Below, one piece after another: positions 50,996 through 64,000 of a stretch of DNA of 64,000 bases. The DNA is taken from the NCBI GenBank assembly GCA_051362555.1, contig CM120649.1:3596001-3660000 (forward strand), given 5' to 3'. The position numbers and the translations under genes were made by a program. Numbering within the stretch: position 1 is the stretch's first letter; each line of letters starts with the position of its first letter. Source of the stretch: Lingula anatina (lineage: Eukaryota; Animalia; Brachiopoda). The notes beneath the pieces are model-generated. The model did not search any database, was not told the origin of the DNA, and saw nothing but the letters and a program-made list of their open reading frames with translations.

Positions 50996-53516
50996 GCTGA
51001 TAATGGGGAAAATGCGGGGTTTGCTTTTATTTTTGTTGTTGTTGTTTTTGTTGTTGTTGTTGTTATTATTATTCAAACTGTATGCTTTAAGAAAGACTTC
51101 CTAGGACATGATCCGTTTCCATGAGGACTGATAGTTGAACTGGAAGTTATATATACTAACCAGATTTCCTCATGTAACTCGTCTTTAATCTCACATACTG
51201 GGTGTGTTCTGTATCCTAGTCGGAAATGAATTTTATTGATTCTGTCTTAAGAACCCGTGTGAACTTTAAAAGGCTGTTTTATTTCCCTTGCAGAGGCACA
51301 TGTTCAGTGACTCTGGTTATTATTTGATCAGGCTTACGTGAGGCAGGTCTGGCTTATGGGATAAAACTTTGACAGCAGTAATAGAGTCAATTTAGCCCCT
51401 GCAAGGTAACTAAAGAAGCCCCTTGGACCTCCCTCTTCGCTCACAAACTGAACTGCCCCCCCCCCCCATCCCCCCCAGCAGTCTCTCATAATTGTGTCCA
51501 TTGTAAATGGGACTGAAAGTTCTCAGACAGGTAACCTTTTTTTATCTCACATACAAACATTGGCTGAGCTGAGAGCTAGTATTGAGTCACAGTTATATGG
51601 TGATAAAGTGGAAATGAGGAAGACATATCAGATTGCAGTGAGATGGATTTTTCTTTGTCTCCTGTGTAAAGATGGTAAAAACCAGATTATTGGAATTGAT
51701 GGTAATTCATAATCTGAATAGATACACTGGAAAGAAGTTTTAGCTGCAGTGCATGTAAAAACTATACATCATGGATTACTGTAGTTTTTATCTCAGTCAA
51801 ACAGAACAGAAAATGACAATTTTAGATTAAAGGAAATCTCCATGCATTTGGAAATCCCCTCGATTCAAATTTATAACCTTCAAAGCTTCTTTTATTTCCC
51901 AAATTCAGACCTTAAAGGAGATAAAACCCTTTAAGTCATTTATATAAAAGTATCTTGAAGAGTACTTAAATATCTTCTCAGCTTTCATGGCAGATTGCAA
52001 TATCTGCATTATACACGTGGAAAAGAGACACGATAAAAAACATCACATCATTTCCTTGAGTGAAAGTGAGGCCATGAAGGTAAAAGTCAAGAGAGGGCTT
52101 TGTTGTTCTACTTAAATGGCCAGTTATTGCTGTGAACCAGTCTTTTCCTGTCTTATTTTCAGCTGACTGCAGATGACTGCAGCGCTGGCTGACCTTTGCC
52201 CATTTTTCTGACCTTTTACCCATTTTCCTGACCTCGGCCTATTTTCCTGACCTCTACCCATTTTTTGACCTCTGCCTATTGCCCTTTTAGTTAACTGTGC
52301 CTATTTTCTTTAGCAACAAGAAATCAGTTTCAGAGATCGGTCAAAAAAAGATGTATCACTGGGCAGTGTAATCCCAGGCTTCCCATAATAGAACAGTCAT
52401 GCATAAATCTATCACATTTTTCTAAAATGCCTCTCTGATTAATTGGAAAATGGATGTTTAAGTGCAGCTAGGTCACTGGGTATGTAAGTTCTCATAGGGA
52501 CAGAGTAATTTCACGCTAAACACAGTTTTTCCATCTAAATAAAGGATTTTTTTCCTTGATAACCTAAATTTGCAACCTAAATACGCCTCATGTATGTTAA
52601 GATATAAGGTTTTTGTCTATCAAAATAGACAGATAGAGGACAAAAAAGTGTGTGTATAATGGAAAGAGAATGCACTGAACAAGAAAATGCATTTGGATGC
52701 AGGCTTTGAATAAATGTATGAGACTGCTGGTATGAGGGAAAGTTAACATTGAACTTAGATGGAAAAAATGTTAAAAATGTGATCAAAATTCATATTTCTT
52801 CCATACAATTGACTGACTTTTCCCGTAGGTCATCCAATTCCTGTCTGCTGACCTTATAATTATATAGGGACCATTATTATATAGCCAAACTTTTTCCTGG
52901 ATTTCAGGAGATTAGCAGTAATTATTTTTACCTAACAGACAAACACTTGGTGAGATCCTTGGCACAATGTATTTATTTATTTATTTATTTATTTATTTAT
53001 AATTTTTCAATTTTTGTGTTGGTATAGGAAAAAACAGAGAGAGAGTAAATACACACAACAAGACACAATACAAATGAGTTCACTGTCACAAATTAAAACA
53101 TACAAAAGGACTGATCCTTCATTCTTCTCTTTGATTGATGATGCGATACTGTAGTGGGTGTTCTTCCTCAAGTGTGAACTGATTGTCTGGAAGCCATTTA
53201 CACACTCAGTACCTCAGGAATACGGAAATAAACTAAAACATATCAGATTCAAGGGGACAGGATCCTAATGGACTTGTCTGCAATTCAGATATAAAATTAG
53301 TTGCAGACTTGTATGCAATTCTGCTGCAGAATTATTTTCAAGCTGCAAAAATATCTTTTTTTTTTATACAACCATACAACATTTCCTTAATGATTAATTA
53401 TTTATCTAAAGGAAAACCCATTAGTCTATCTTGATGAAAATGTATTTTTTAATAAACTTATGTAGTACACCCTGCAAAGGTCTTGATGGCATAGTTCCTC
53501 AGCACTGCCTAACTAA

Positions 53517-53784
53517 GACTGGGTTCCCATCCCTAGATCAATCTAACAGGATCAGTCCATCTTCATGGGGTCCCTCACTAAATTGCTTTCAGCCCAAGCG
53601 GCTTAGACGTTTGGGCCACCCACTAAAGCTGCTAAACGATAGTTAATTATAATATAATTACCACCTATCAGCCTCAGCAGGCGTGACAGACATCCAAGCC
53701 GCCCAAGTTAATTGCAGTTAAGCGAGAATCGCCTCAGAGATAGTTCGATCCAAAGTTAGTACGCTGCTCTCTGGGAATGGTCTC
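53517..53784 (-). mobile_element. Diverged Harbinger-type MITE related to the 7166/59969 family
   Basis: Ends ...TTCCCA / TGGGAATGGTCTC flanked by TAA/TTA; internal GCGGCTTAGACG and CTAAAGCTG similar to the family. Confidence 0.55.
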
Positions 53785-54859
53785 TTAGTATCCTAACACT
53801 ACATACTGATTCACTCATGCATATGAAGTCTTTTGCAAAGAGGTGCATTTAGGAGATGTTTGCCGTTACGTGCATTATTTTTAAAATATGAATATGGATT
53901 TACTCACGAATATGAATTCCTATTTCAAAGAGGTACATTTAAGAGAGGAGGGCGCAATTTATTATTTGTTAATGAGATACAGACAGGTTGTTTATAGCTA
54001 TCAATCATGAGTAGATCAGCCTATATAAGTAGTACCTTCCTCAGTCCTGCAATCCCCATTCCGCAGGTTTCCTGTTTGCTGAACGCCCTGTTTATCACTC
54101 TGACAGCTGTTTTCAAACAACATGTCTCCAGAGGTAGACCAGATGATGGAGAGGCTAGCCCTTTACAGAGATAGTTAAGAAAAAAAAAACGGAAAATTTT
54201 TATCTGCTGATAGCTTTGATGAGGATTTTATATTAATTTTTCTGTTAGCTTTTTTAACCCCAGAGTGTTCAAATGATAAAAGTTGTTTCTAAACATTCAG
54301 ATATGCCTTTGTGAGGTTAGAGATTTTTTTAACCTAAAACTCTTCTGTTAAACAATTGATAACAAAGTGGCCCAGCTAGTATCTCTACCTTTCACCAAAA
54401 TCAGCTATAACTAATACATCAGTTATCTCTCTGCTACGACCAGTGGGGTCTTTGAGCGTTAAAACATCTCACGGGAATAAGCTGATAACACATTGATGGC
54501 AACTGGAGAGCAAAAATAAGAAGATAACACTGATGAACTTTTTATTTTTGCTCATTTTTTTCTCATAGCACTTAGGTTTTCTGGTACACTATTTGATAAG
54601 CCATTATATTTCATTTTTTTTAGAAGTGAGTGAGTTTTTTATGAGTGAGGCATTGGCAGATTACTTTAGAAAAGGGGTTATTTATGTGAATTAAACCTTT
54701 ATAGATAATTGAAAAAAATGGTTGTTGATATTTTTTCATAGGGTTATACGTAATGATGGGGATAAAAACTATTGAAACATTCTCTTTGACTTCAGATAGT
54801 ACCTTGCTCTATAATATATCCACATTAACCTGAAATATTTGTTATCAGGTACGGACTAA

Positions 54860-55232
54860 ACCCGATGACTGGTTGAATGATTATTTATTGATTAGGCATG
54901 ATCGATACCTTTGATACAACATGCTGTTTACAGGATCAGCAGATGGGAAAAAACAATTTAAGGTGCCTCTTTGCATATGTAAGTAATACCATTGCGTTTA
55001 GGCGCAGCTAGCCTCTTTTGGAACAGCCTACCCTCGGACTAAAATTCATTTGGAATATCAGGGCCCTCTTACCTTTCGGGGATATTATTTTCACCTCTGA
55101 TAATGGGTGGATAACAGCACTTACTAGTACATTTAAGTATACACACTAAGTATTAATATATGGTACTTATGTAATTGTTTGGTCATAGCCTTTGTAAATT
55201 GTGCTAGAACTAATAAAGATTATATTATATTA
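54860..55232 (+). mobile_element. 3' end remnant of a CR1/L2-type LINE
   Basis: TGGAACAGCCTACCC = WNSLP motif typical of the ORF2 C-terminus, followed by AATAAA and an (ATTAT)n tail at ~55212-55231. Confidence 0.5.
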
Positions 55233-58099
55233 AACCCTTGGAACAGCGGTCGATTTTTTAAAACTTGGCTCTTACAATCTTCAGAGCATTGGACCCTCCT
55301 AATAATAATATCCCCATCTGAACATAAGCATTATCCTCTTTCTCAAAATATGAGATAAGATAAGATAAGATAAGATATAAGATATATATGAGATTCTAGA
55401 GGGATAGCAATTGTTTGTATGAGATTCATATTCTACCATGAAGCACTTTAAACAACTTGCAGAAGTATAATAAATTCCACCAAAACAGCGGTTATCGCAA
55501 ATTCTGGAATCTGTGCTTGCCATCAGAAGTCAGGTGGCAATTCCTCCATAATAATCTCTTAACAAATTATTACAAAAAAAAAAAAAAAAAAACTTAAAAA
55601 AAAAAAACATGGACTAACTGTGAATGTCTGTGTTGATCCATTAACCCTTGGTAAGTTTGGGAAAATCTCTTTTCTTCTTTGCCCCCCCCCCCCCCCCCCA
55701 CCCACCCAAAAAAAAAAAACAGTTGTTATCCCTTTAAGAAAAAAATTAATTAATTAAGATATACCTGTGGTAAGAGAAAACGTGTGTATGTGTGTGTGTG
55801 AAAGAGAGAGAGAGAGAAAATAAGAAAAAGAATGTTCAGATTTCTAGACTTAGTCTAGCAGTATTGCCTTCTTGCATCAGTAATACCTTCTTTAAAATAC
55901 TGTTCTGCAATGTCCCTGCACCACAAGTCTGTATATGTATCAGTCACCATCCAGTCCTGATGAGAAAGTATGATACATGTAAAACCACCTTCTGCACTGT
56001 GAATGATCAGAAATGTTTTCTATGCAGCACAGGTTGCTGCCCAACTACAGTAAGCTGTTCAGAGTCCCATTTTGTGTTGCCTACCAGCTGAAGAGAGACC
56101 ATCATTAGGCGAGGTTCTTGTCTGGATGCCATGACCTAACTTTGTGCCAGCTAGACTCAAAAGCTAGATTTTTATAACACTTTTAAAGCATACCCAATGC
56201 TAGCTACAATTCACTGTTTAATTCAGTTACAAGTGACAGAGTGGGACAACAAGGTGACTAGACTGGCAAACTAATCATAATGACATGCTAAGACATTACT
56301 TAGATAGCATATACTATTAAGTTAAACTGCCACAAGTACACTAGAAATCCACTTTAATTGTTTGCCGCACAGCCACAGTTAAGTGGTTCTAAGTGATACT
56401 TTTCACAAAAAAGAGTTGGCAGTGATACCTCAATGGAGATAGATAAAGTGCACTTAAATGAACAAGTTAAGACACATTTGGCAGTTGATTTTATATTCCT
56501 AAATGACCCGACATTTTGGTACTTCACAATTATAAAATTGGTGTTAAATTATCTTACTAACAGCTGTAAATTAAAGATGAATTTAGGCTGTCCTGTTGAA
56601 TTTTTCTTAACAGATTGATAAGTTAGGTATTCATGCAGGCATGAAAATGAGATCTGTTTCAAATAGAAACGTTTGTGAAAAGAGAGTCAAATAGAAACGT
56701 CTGTGAAAAGAGGATATATTTTCAGTGATCTGGGTTTGTTAGTGGACATATACCTGATATTGCAAAGTAGCAGACAGGGAAGCTTTTGATTGTACGAGCA
56801 TGTTGGAAATAAGAGGTGTGTTAATCTGTTAATTGGATTGAAATCAGCGAGAGACCCCGTGGAGTTAGCTAGGTCGACATATCTCATTCTGAACAGCCCC
56901 TGAAGACACTGGCTTCATTTGCTGTGTGTGTAAATTTAATGCAGAGCTTTTCCCCTGTCCTCAGCTGGCTAATGCTGAATTGAGGCAGATTTTATCAGTT
57001 GGTTCATGTACAAAATCATTTTTCAGCAGACTTTAAAAAACATTGAATATCACTCCTGCAACTCAATCAATATGTTTTTTCTTTCTTTCTTTTTTTTTTT
57101 AATCAAACCAGTCACACCATATCGGCATGATGATCAAAACAAGTTATGTATGTGGGGAAATTTTAGTTGCAAATGCCAGTTTGCTGATGTAATCTGATTT
57201 TTCCAGGGATTTCTAAGCTGTGTCAGTTAAAGCCTTCAGCAATTTATTGATGTAACATCACTGGGATTCTTTAATTCTGCTTGAAAACCCATTAATGATC
57301 TATCTAGATACTAGATGTTTTTTATAACCATCTGTCTAAGATTAGCTTAACATACTGTCACATACACATATTTATTTATTTGGTTTATCCAATAACTATG
57401 TAAAATATGCACCTTCCAGATGAAGTGGTAAATGCACATTTATATTTTGTCTCAAATACTTAATTGAAAAAACACATATAATAAATAAAAGTTCTCTCTC
57501 TCTCTCTTTCTCTCTCGCTCACACATAGAAACACAGATGCACACACGCATGCACTCAGGATGTTAAATTAATAGTTGATTTCTTAATAGCAGAAGTAATA
57601 AAAAAGTTCCAAAATATCTAATGTGGTGCAATTGAGTATAGTTGAGAAGATATGTTTCACCTCCGTGATAGAGCATGCTATGAAAATGGATATTATATAT
57701 TGTAAGCTTGGAAGGACAATTTAGAGATCATGTTGAAAGCTGACACAGTTCCTAATGTTTCTGGCATCTTTTGTGAGGGCCATGTCAACAATGGATATTT
57801 GAGATAACTGAACTTTTGTGAAACATGTATTTTTTCAAATTTGCTGACGGTGCTGTTGAACTGACTTTACAGCAGTCATGGTCATGGATTTGAGTTACCC
57901 TATTAATTGCCAGTTTTAAATAGTTTTTCCCCAACATCTAGCAAGCAACTTTGTTCTAAAAACAACTAGGAAAATACATTGATAGAAATAGACATTGTCC
58001 CCTTTGGTAGGTTTTACAAGTATATATTTTTCTATCAGGTTTGGAAAAATAATACATTTTAATGGAAAGCAAAACGTGGAAACTTTCCTAGAAGTTGGT

Positions 58100-58330
58100 G
58101 CCATCCACAAGCTACCTGGTGGGTTTTTATCAAATTATCTTTCATACAAATAATGATAATTATTTGACACAAATTGGAATTTTTCCTTATGGTTAGCTTA
58201 TGGCTTACCCGATCCAAAACCTTTGTCAGACTGATGCGAGTAGATACTGTTGCTCCCTGACCATTACTTGGTGGAGTATCCAGGAGCCTGTTATATATTT
58301 CAGGAGGATCGATCTCCCATGCCCCTCTTC
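58100..58330 (-). mobile_element. Possible highly decayed LINE RT fragment
   Basis: SLTKVLDRVSHKLTIRK resembles DLSKAFDRVSHxxLxxK; otherwise degenerate. Confidence 0.35.
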
Positions 58331-59968
58331 TGGATTGGCCATAAGATATAATGCTGTGAAAAATTCCAGCTTGTGTTAAATAATTATTATTACAAGGTTT
58401 GATCATTTACCTAGTTAACGAATATTTATGCACATCTTTTATACCTTTCACCATATGCAACTGGTTACAGAGGTTTTGTTGTTCATGCCATAATGACATA
58501 ACTGAAACAGTATCCCAATAAATATAAGACCAATCCGAGAAAAGAGAAATGTCACGTACGTTTTCCTCATAGGTATTTATCTTTATGATGCTTTTGCTGA
58601 AATTCTAGCACAACATAAATAGTAGCAGCTATTAATTTAAAAAGGTGAAATGTCACATCTCTCACTTTTTGCCAGATCCGATTTCTAATTTAGGGCTTTG
58701 TTCCTGGGGAGGATTTGATTGTATTCTCAGCAGGATGTGACATTCGTATTTCTAACAGTTGTAAAATGCTTATTTAACGGCAGGCTGCTACTGTGCTGTG
58801 AGAGTTTAGTCAGTCATTTTAGAGGAATGGATGAAACTATGTATGTATACAGGATGGGAAAATTATCTGCACCATGCTGTGAGGTCTAATAATGTTCAGT
58901 TGCTTTTTTATATTAGAGTGCATGATTGCATTTATGGATTGAATTTCAGTAAATTTTATGCATTTTGACATTTTAACTCATTAGTATGCAGCTTTTATCT
59001 TTCTTCTTGACATAATCGTCCTTGTAGCCTTATCTTTTATTTATACCAAAATTAACTTGTCAGTGATGAGTGAGTTACATTGATGCACATCAGATTGTGT
59101 GAATTTCAAATAGCCATGATCAAAGACTATAGCCGTGAAGTCAACCAATCGCAATGATCACAATGCCTCCTATTACTCCCTATTTCATCTCTACAAACTT
59201 GTTCAGTTTGACATGATTCTAGAAAGAAGTTATGACAGGTAACAAACAAGCAAGGCTCAGGATAACATTCTCCCCAGAATTATTGAAAAAATATGCAGAT
59301 TCTCTGACCAGACCCAACGTACAGTGGTCTGTCATGGCGACCGTTAAACAAACACCCCATCTGCCAGTGTAGTGCCGTGATTTTCTTATCTTGCCCATTT
59401 GTCAGCCACTAGAGAGAAGATTAACTCTGGGCAAACATTACAACTGTCTAGTAAATTAACCATATTTCCTATTGGATTTAGTCAACTGGCTTGATTAATG
59501 CTCATTAAAACGTTTGTGTCGTGAACTGACTGTAACCCAGAGATAACAAATATCTAAGTAATTACCTGTTATCTGTGACAACTAGGCGTGTTTATTACCA
59601 CATCAGTTTGGCTTTGAGTTGTAAGAGTAGCCTAACTTTTAGCCAATGAAAATCATAATAACATAAAGATAAGAACTAATGACCAATGAAATTAAATGTC
59701 AGGTGTAAAATAAAATAAATTTCAGCCATTGAAAACCATATTGATAAATGCATCAGAACTTGTATAGCCAATAGAATTAAATATATATGCTTGGATGAAA
59801 TAATTTTCGGTCAATGAAGATCACTAAAGAATTCAAGAACAAAATGTTTGATAGAAAATCCACATAGTTTGTTATAAAAATTTGAAGAATGCCATGACTT
59901 AAATATTATATCATTGATTTTTTAAGTTTTTTTAAGTTAAATATTTTGGGAATAAGTTTCTTTTCAAA

Positions 59969-60193
59969 GACCCCATTCCCATAGATTTTAGATCGATCTA
60001 TCCCTGTGGGGAGTCTCACTAGATTACCGTCAGCTTAGCCGGCTTAAGCGTCTGTCCCGCCTACTAAAAGCTGTAAGAGGGTAATTAACTATGGTGCGCG
60101 CTCGGCTGACTGCAATTTAGCGTGAACCCCCAGGGAGTTAGGTCGATCTAAATCTAAATCTCTGGATCGATCTAAATCTCTGGGAATGCACCC
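59969..60193 (-). mobile_element. PIF/Harbinger-type MITE, inverted copy of 7166-7361 with ~30 bp extra
   Basis: Near-identical reverse complement; AAA on both flanks. Confidence 0.85.
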
Positions 60194-60261
60194 AAAGCTG
60201 TTCGTGTCTACATGTTGGTGACATATCTAAACATTGATGGGAGTTGATTCTAACCAGAGAG

Positions 60262-60376
60262 TGCCTCTCTGCCTCTCACACACCTCCCCATGTGTCCTTC
60301 CAATGGAGCTGAGATTCAATGACTGTACCCCTGCAGGGACGACACATGGGGAGGCGTGTGAGAGGCGGAAAGACTA
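60262..60376. repeat. Long imperfect inverted repeat (hairpin or MITE)
   Basis: GCCTCTCACACACCTCCCCATGTGTC pairs with GACACATGGGGAGGCGTGTGAGAGGC around a ~43-nt spacer. Confidence 0.8.
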
Positions 60377-61480
60377 TTAAAAGATTAGGCAGTTTTCCTT
60401 TCATGTAAGTCTGCCATATTTAGGTCGTGGCTTTGCAGAGCCATGGCTCAACTCGATGTGAATGCCGCCTAACAGTGTAATAGCTGTGACAGTGTATCAG
60501 GCGTGACAGTGTGTTAGCTGTGATAGTCACTTGCCACATGCAATTGAAACCAGACCAGTAAAATCTTTTAAATTTGTTCAGTCACTGTTTTTGCCTTGGG
60601 CCAGCAGATTCTTAGCCTTTGGTGTCCCTAAGGACTATTAGATGCAGACAGAGAAGTTTTTGGCATAGACACACTGATCTTATAAGGTATCTCAGTGTGC
60701 TTAGTATCACAGGCTTTAAGATAAGCAGCATTTTTTGTTACGGCATAGTCAGCAATTTTGAAGTGATGTTATTACTGAAATTAAGTTATTATTTCCAGTT
60801 CTGGATGAGAAAGATGGTATGAAATCAGATTTACATGATTTGGTCGTATAACTAACTACATTTGGTGCCCTAGCTAGGTGAAATCATTAATCAAGCATTG
60901 TGCAATCACAGCATTAATTATAACATTTAATCATAATTATACTAGGAGTAATTATCCAACAGCTAATTACCCAGAAATTTAATTATTCGGACACTGGGAA
61001 ACAGTGAACCACAAACTGATAACACTAATGAACATACCAGTAAGGCACCTTTAGTGACTGGGTTGTAGCATTGTTTGATGAAGAACTAGAAGATACAAAA
61101 CCATTAGTAGTTAATGAACATTGTCAGTCGAAACATCTGTTGCTTGTTATTATAGACAACCAAACTGATAAACGTGAATCCAAAAAGCGTAAAATCACCG
61201 TAAATGTCGTGTCCCCAAACATTCTATTTTTGGCTGCTTTTCTTCAGCAAGGAGATGCAGTGTTCATGTCAGTAAATAATCTAACACTTGTTAGCAATTA
61301 GCAGTTACATCTAGTCTGGTAGAGGCAGCCACAACTGCATTTCAAAAGATTTACAGCTGGTATTTTCAAGAGGTTGCCTAACACAATAAAAGCCGGTAAA
61401 TATTCCTCCTTCTCCGGTAGCCACAATTTAAAAAATAAAAATCCTGTGACAGCACACTGAAGAGTTCTATTTGCTATCTG

Positions 61481-61516
<36 letters not shown>

Positions 61517-62029
61517 AAATGTCAATAGAGCATAGATTCATTAAACTGATATTACCACTATTTATTTGGTCATCTAGTCATACCAGTGACCAGTTTGGAC
61601 ACTGGCACTACCTGAAATATAGGATCTGGTAGATTGCCACCTTCATACCAGCATTTTGTCTTGATTGATCCATTGCAGCAAATGTAAAAAATATAAGAAT
61701 GGCCAATTTTAAAACATCACAATTTTCTATCCACCAAAAATTGCACAAAAGAAATTACCAAGGATGAAATGTAATTACCTGATTTAGATCCGGCAGTGTT
61801 GGCACAAACTTCTGAGTTCACTACGTGTCATTTCACGTCTTATCAGGTTGGGGTTAAAGCTGTATTAGTGACAACCAGGGATGTAAATACTTCATGTTTA
61901 CACCCCTTCAGGTAACAGATTGTGTGTAAAAACGTGCACTTTCTTATCTGCTATTAAATTTGTCTTAACGGGAGGCTGTTTGAGTTTAATTTTGCTTGGA
62001 GAGTGAAGTACAAAATTTTGTTATCAGAC

Positions 62030-62240
62030 ATTGTAACAAGTTGTAACAGAACTGTGATGAATGTTGTAAATCATACAAGTTGTAATAGAGCTGTAGCAAA
62101 GTATAATTTACTGTAATAAATTATAACAAGTTCTAAAGGATTGTGACAAAGTGTAACTTATTGTAATAAATTATATCAAGTTCTTAAGGACTGTGATAAA
62201 GTGTAACTTATTGTAATAAATTATAACAATTTCTAAAGGA
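62030..62240. repeat. Degenerate tandem repeat (~50-bp period, TTGTAATAAATTATAACAAGTTCTAAAGGA)
   Basis: Recurs near 62112, 62161 and 62211. Confidence 0.7.
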
Positions 62241-63225
62241 GTAAATCTGTAATTTACATCCTGTTAAATAGATGTCACTGACTATTTTTTTTCCTTCAAA
62301 GGCACTAATATAAGAATTTTTTTTTTTTTTTTTGTTAGTCCGCCCGTACCCCTACCCTCTACTTACTATCTGAATTGATAAAGATTCAACAGATAACTCC
62401 ACAGCCACTGGGGAAAGGGAGGTTGTGTTCATATATACAGAGATAACAAACAAAAAATGAAATATGGGCCGAGTAAGATAACAAAAAAAAAGGAAGGCGT
62501 ACTTTCTATATTGATAAAAAATACAATAGACTTTTTTTACATGAGTTTGTTCATATGTGTTCTTGTTTAGCAAAAATAAGAGATCTTTGGTAGTTTTTAT
62601 CTTGAAATGCAAGTAAAATTGAACTTACTGTAAAAAGTGAAATGGTGGTGGGTTTATGCTGTAAAAGATAAACTTAGTCTGAACAAGTCTAAGTGACATC
62701 ATAGCAAAGAGCTTCCAGCTCAGCATTAGCTCGTGATCAGCTTGAAGATTGAAATATATTTCTGTTATATTTTCCTCTATTTATTTATTTATTTTATCAT
62801 TATTTTATCATTATTTTATATCATTATTTTATCATTATTCCTAAAAATATGCGTGTATTTAGTAAAAGTGATAGACAGAAGTGATAGAAAACTACTGAAG
62901 GTGTATTTCACCCTATGGTTTATCACAGCTTGCAATTCGAACCACATTTCTTTTTTACCTGAGACTGGAAATCAAGTGCAGGCGTTCACCTTAAAACTTG
63001 TGTTTTGCTTATCTCATTTTAAATGTTGTTTACTTTAGAGCTAAAATCAGAGCAGATTTTTTCTTCATTTAATGATTGGGATTGTTGAAATGAATGGAGA
63101 GAGAGACGGAGCACTTTTAGAACTGTCTTACTAATTTAAATGAACTGCAAGTTTGATAAATTGATGTAAAAGTTATTTTTGTCAAAGAATTCAGACTTGT
63201 TTGACTGACTTCAACTTGAAAAGTT

Positions 63226-63285
<60 letters not shown>

Positions 63286-64000
63286 TGTTCCATTGTATAT
63301 CAGTATTCTTTGCAATTTTTATGCTACTTGGTTGGGTTGAGCAGTTGCTTATGCTGTCCCCATTCTGTGCACCACATATTAATGAGTAGTAACTTAACTG
63401 TCTCTGTAGATTTATGGAAAACTGTACAAGTGCAATTTGTTTAAAAAACGTTCCATTTTAAGATTAACAACATGATTTCAGTGAAATCATCCAGGCACCG
63501 GTGCTGTAAGCTTTTTGTATTCTCTGATAAGAAAAAAAATCTTTGTTCTTTATAACAACTACATGTGATACAGACACCGGAGATTATCCTAGTAAAAGGC
63601 ATGGAGATAATGACCATTTCACCACATTGTAATTTTGACATAGCATTGATGAATCATAGTGATAACTTATTTGAAAGAAGGAAATGTCAAAGAGTAAGTT
63701 ATTACCCGGAATACCATGCCATTCCCCATATGGCCAATTTAGGAAACATTTTTCCTTCAGAAAAAGTATCATCAGTATGGTGAATCAATATTGGGCTGAT
63801 GGGTTGATAAAGTCATATAATCATCCAAACTGAACCCTTGTGGGTCTTTCCTAAAATGGTATTTACTCTTTATAAGATAGGTGATTTCTTCTCTCTTAGT
63901 GGGCCAAACCCTGCTCTAATGATCCCTGGGGTAGTAAATAAACTACGTAAATAACCTATAGGTAAGACTGAAAATGGATCTTCAAGATGTAATGTCCACA

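Noticed and set aside
54020-54050. TATA box plus Inr-like TCAGT
   Set aside because: Spacing of about 18 bp is too short and there is no downstream exon evidence

Overview
AT-rich, intron-rich animal genomic DNA (invertebrate-like, full of microsatellites and DNA transposons); most ORF-track entries are noise. Four genes were assembled by hand from splice sites and reading phases. Two are tandem 5-coding-exon MBLAC1-type metallo-beta-lactamase paralogs on the minus strand (10.6-12.5 kb and 15.4-17.7 kb). The third is the 5' part of ZBBX (B-box protein) on the plus strand, head-to-head with the upstream MBLAC1 copy. The fourth is a 3-coding-exon class A GPCR on the minus strand (37.3-39.3 kb), apparently nested antisense in a very long ZBBX intron. 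Probable terminal exons of an unidentified plus-strand gene lie at 0.26-6.6 kb. The rest is TE remnants (Sola2-like transposase, ISL2EU-like fragment, RTE/CR1/L2 fragments, MITE families with 3, 5, 6 and 7 bp TSDs) and tandem repeats. The best leads are a TAG in one MBLAC1 paralog followed by a conserved in-frame 12-codon tail, a GPCR with DRY replaced by YQS, and a candidate exon at the left end that is closed in all three frames. I cannot demonstrate a wholly new biological system from the sequence alone.
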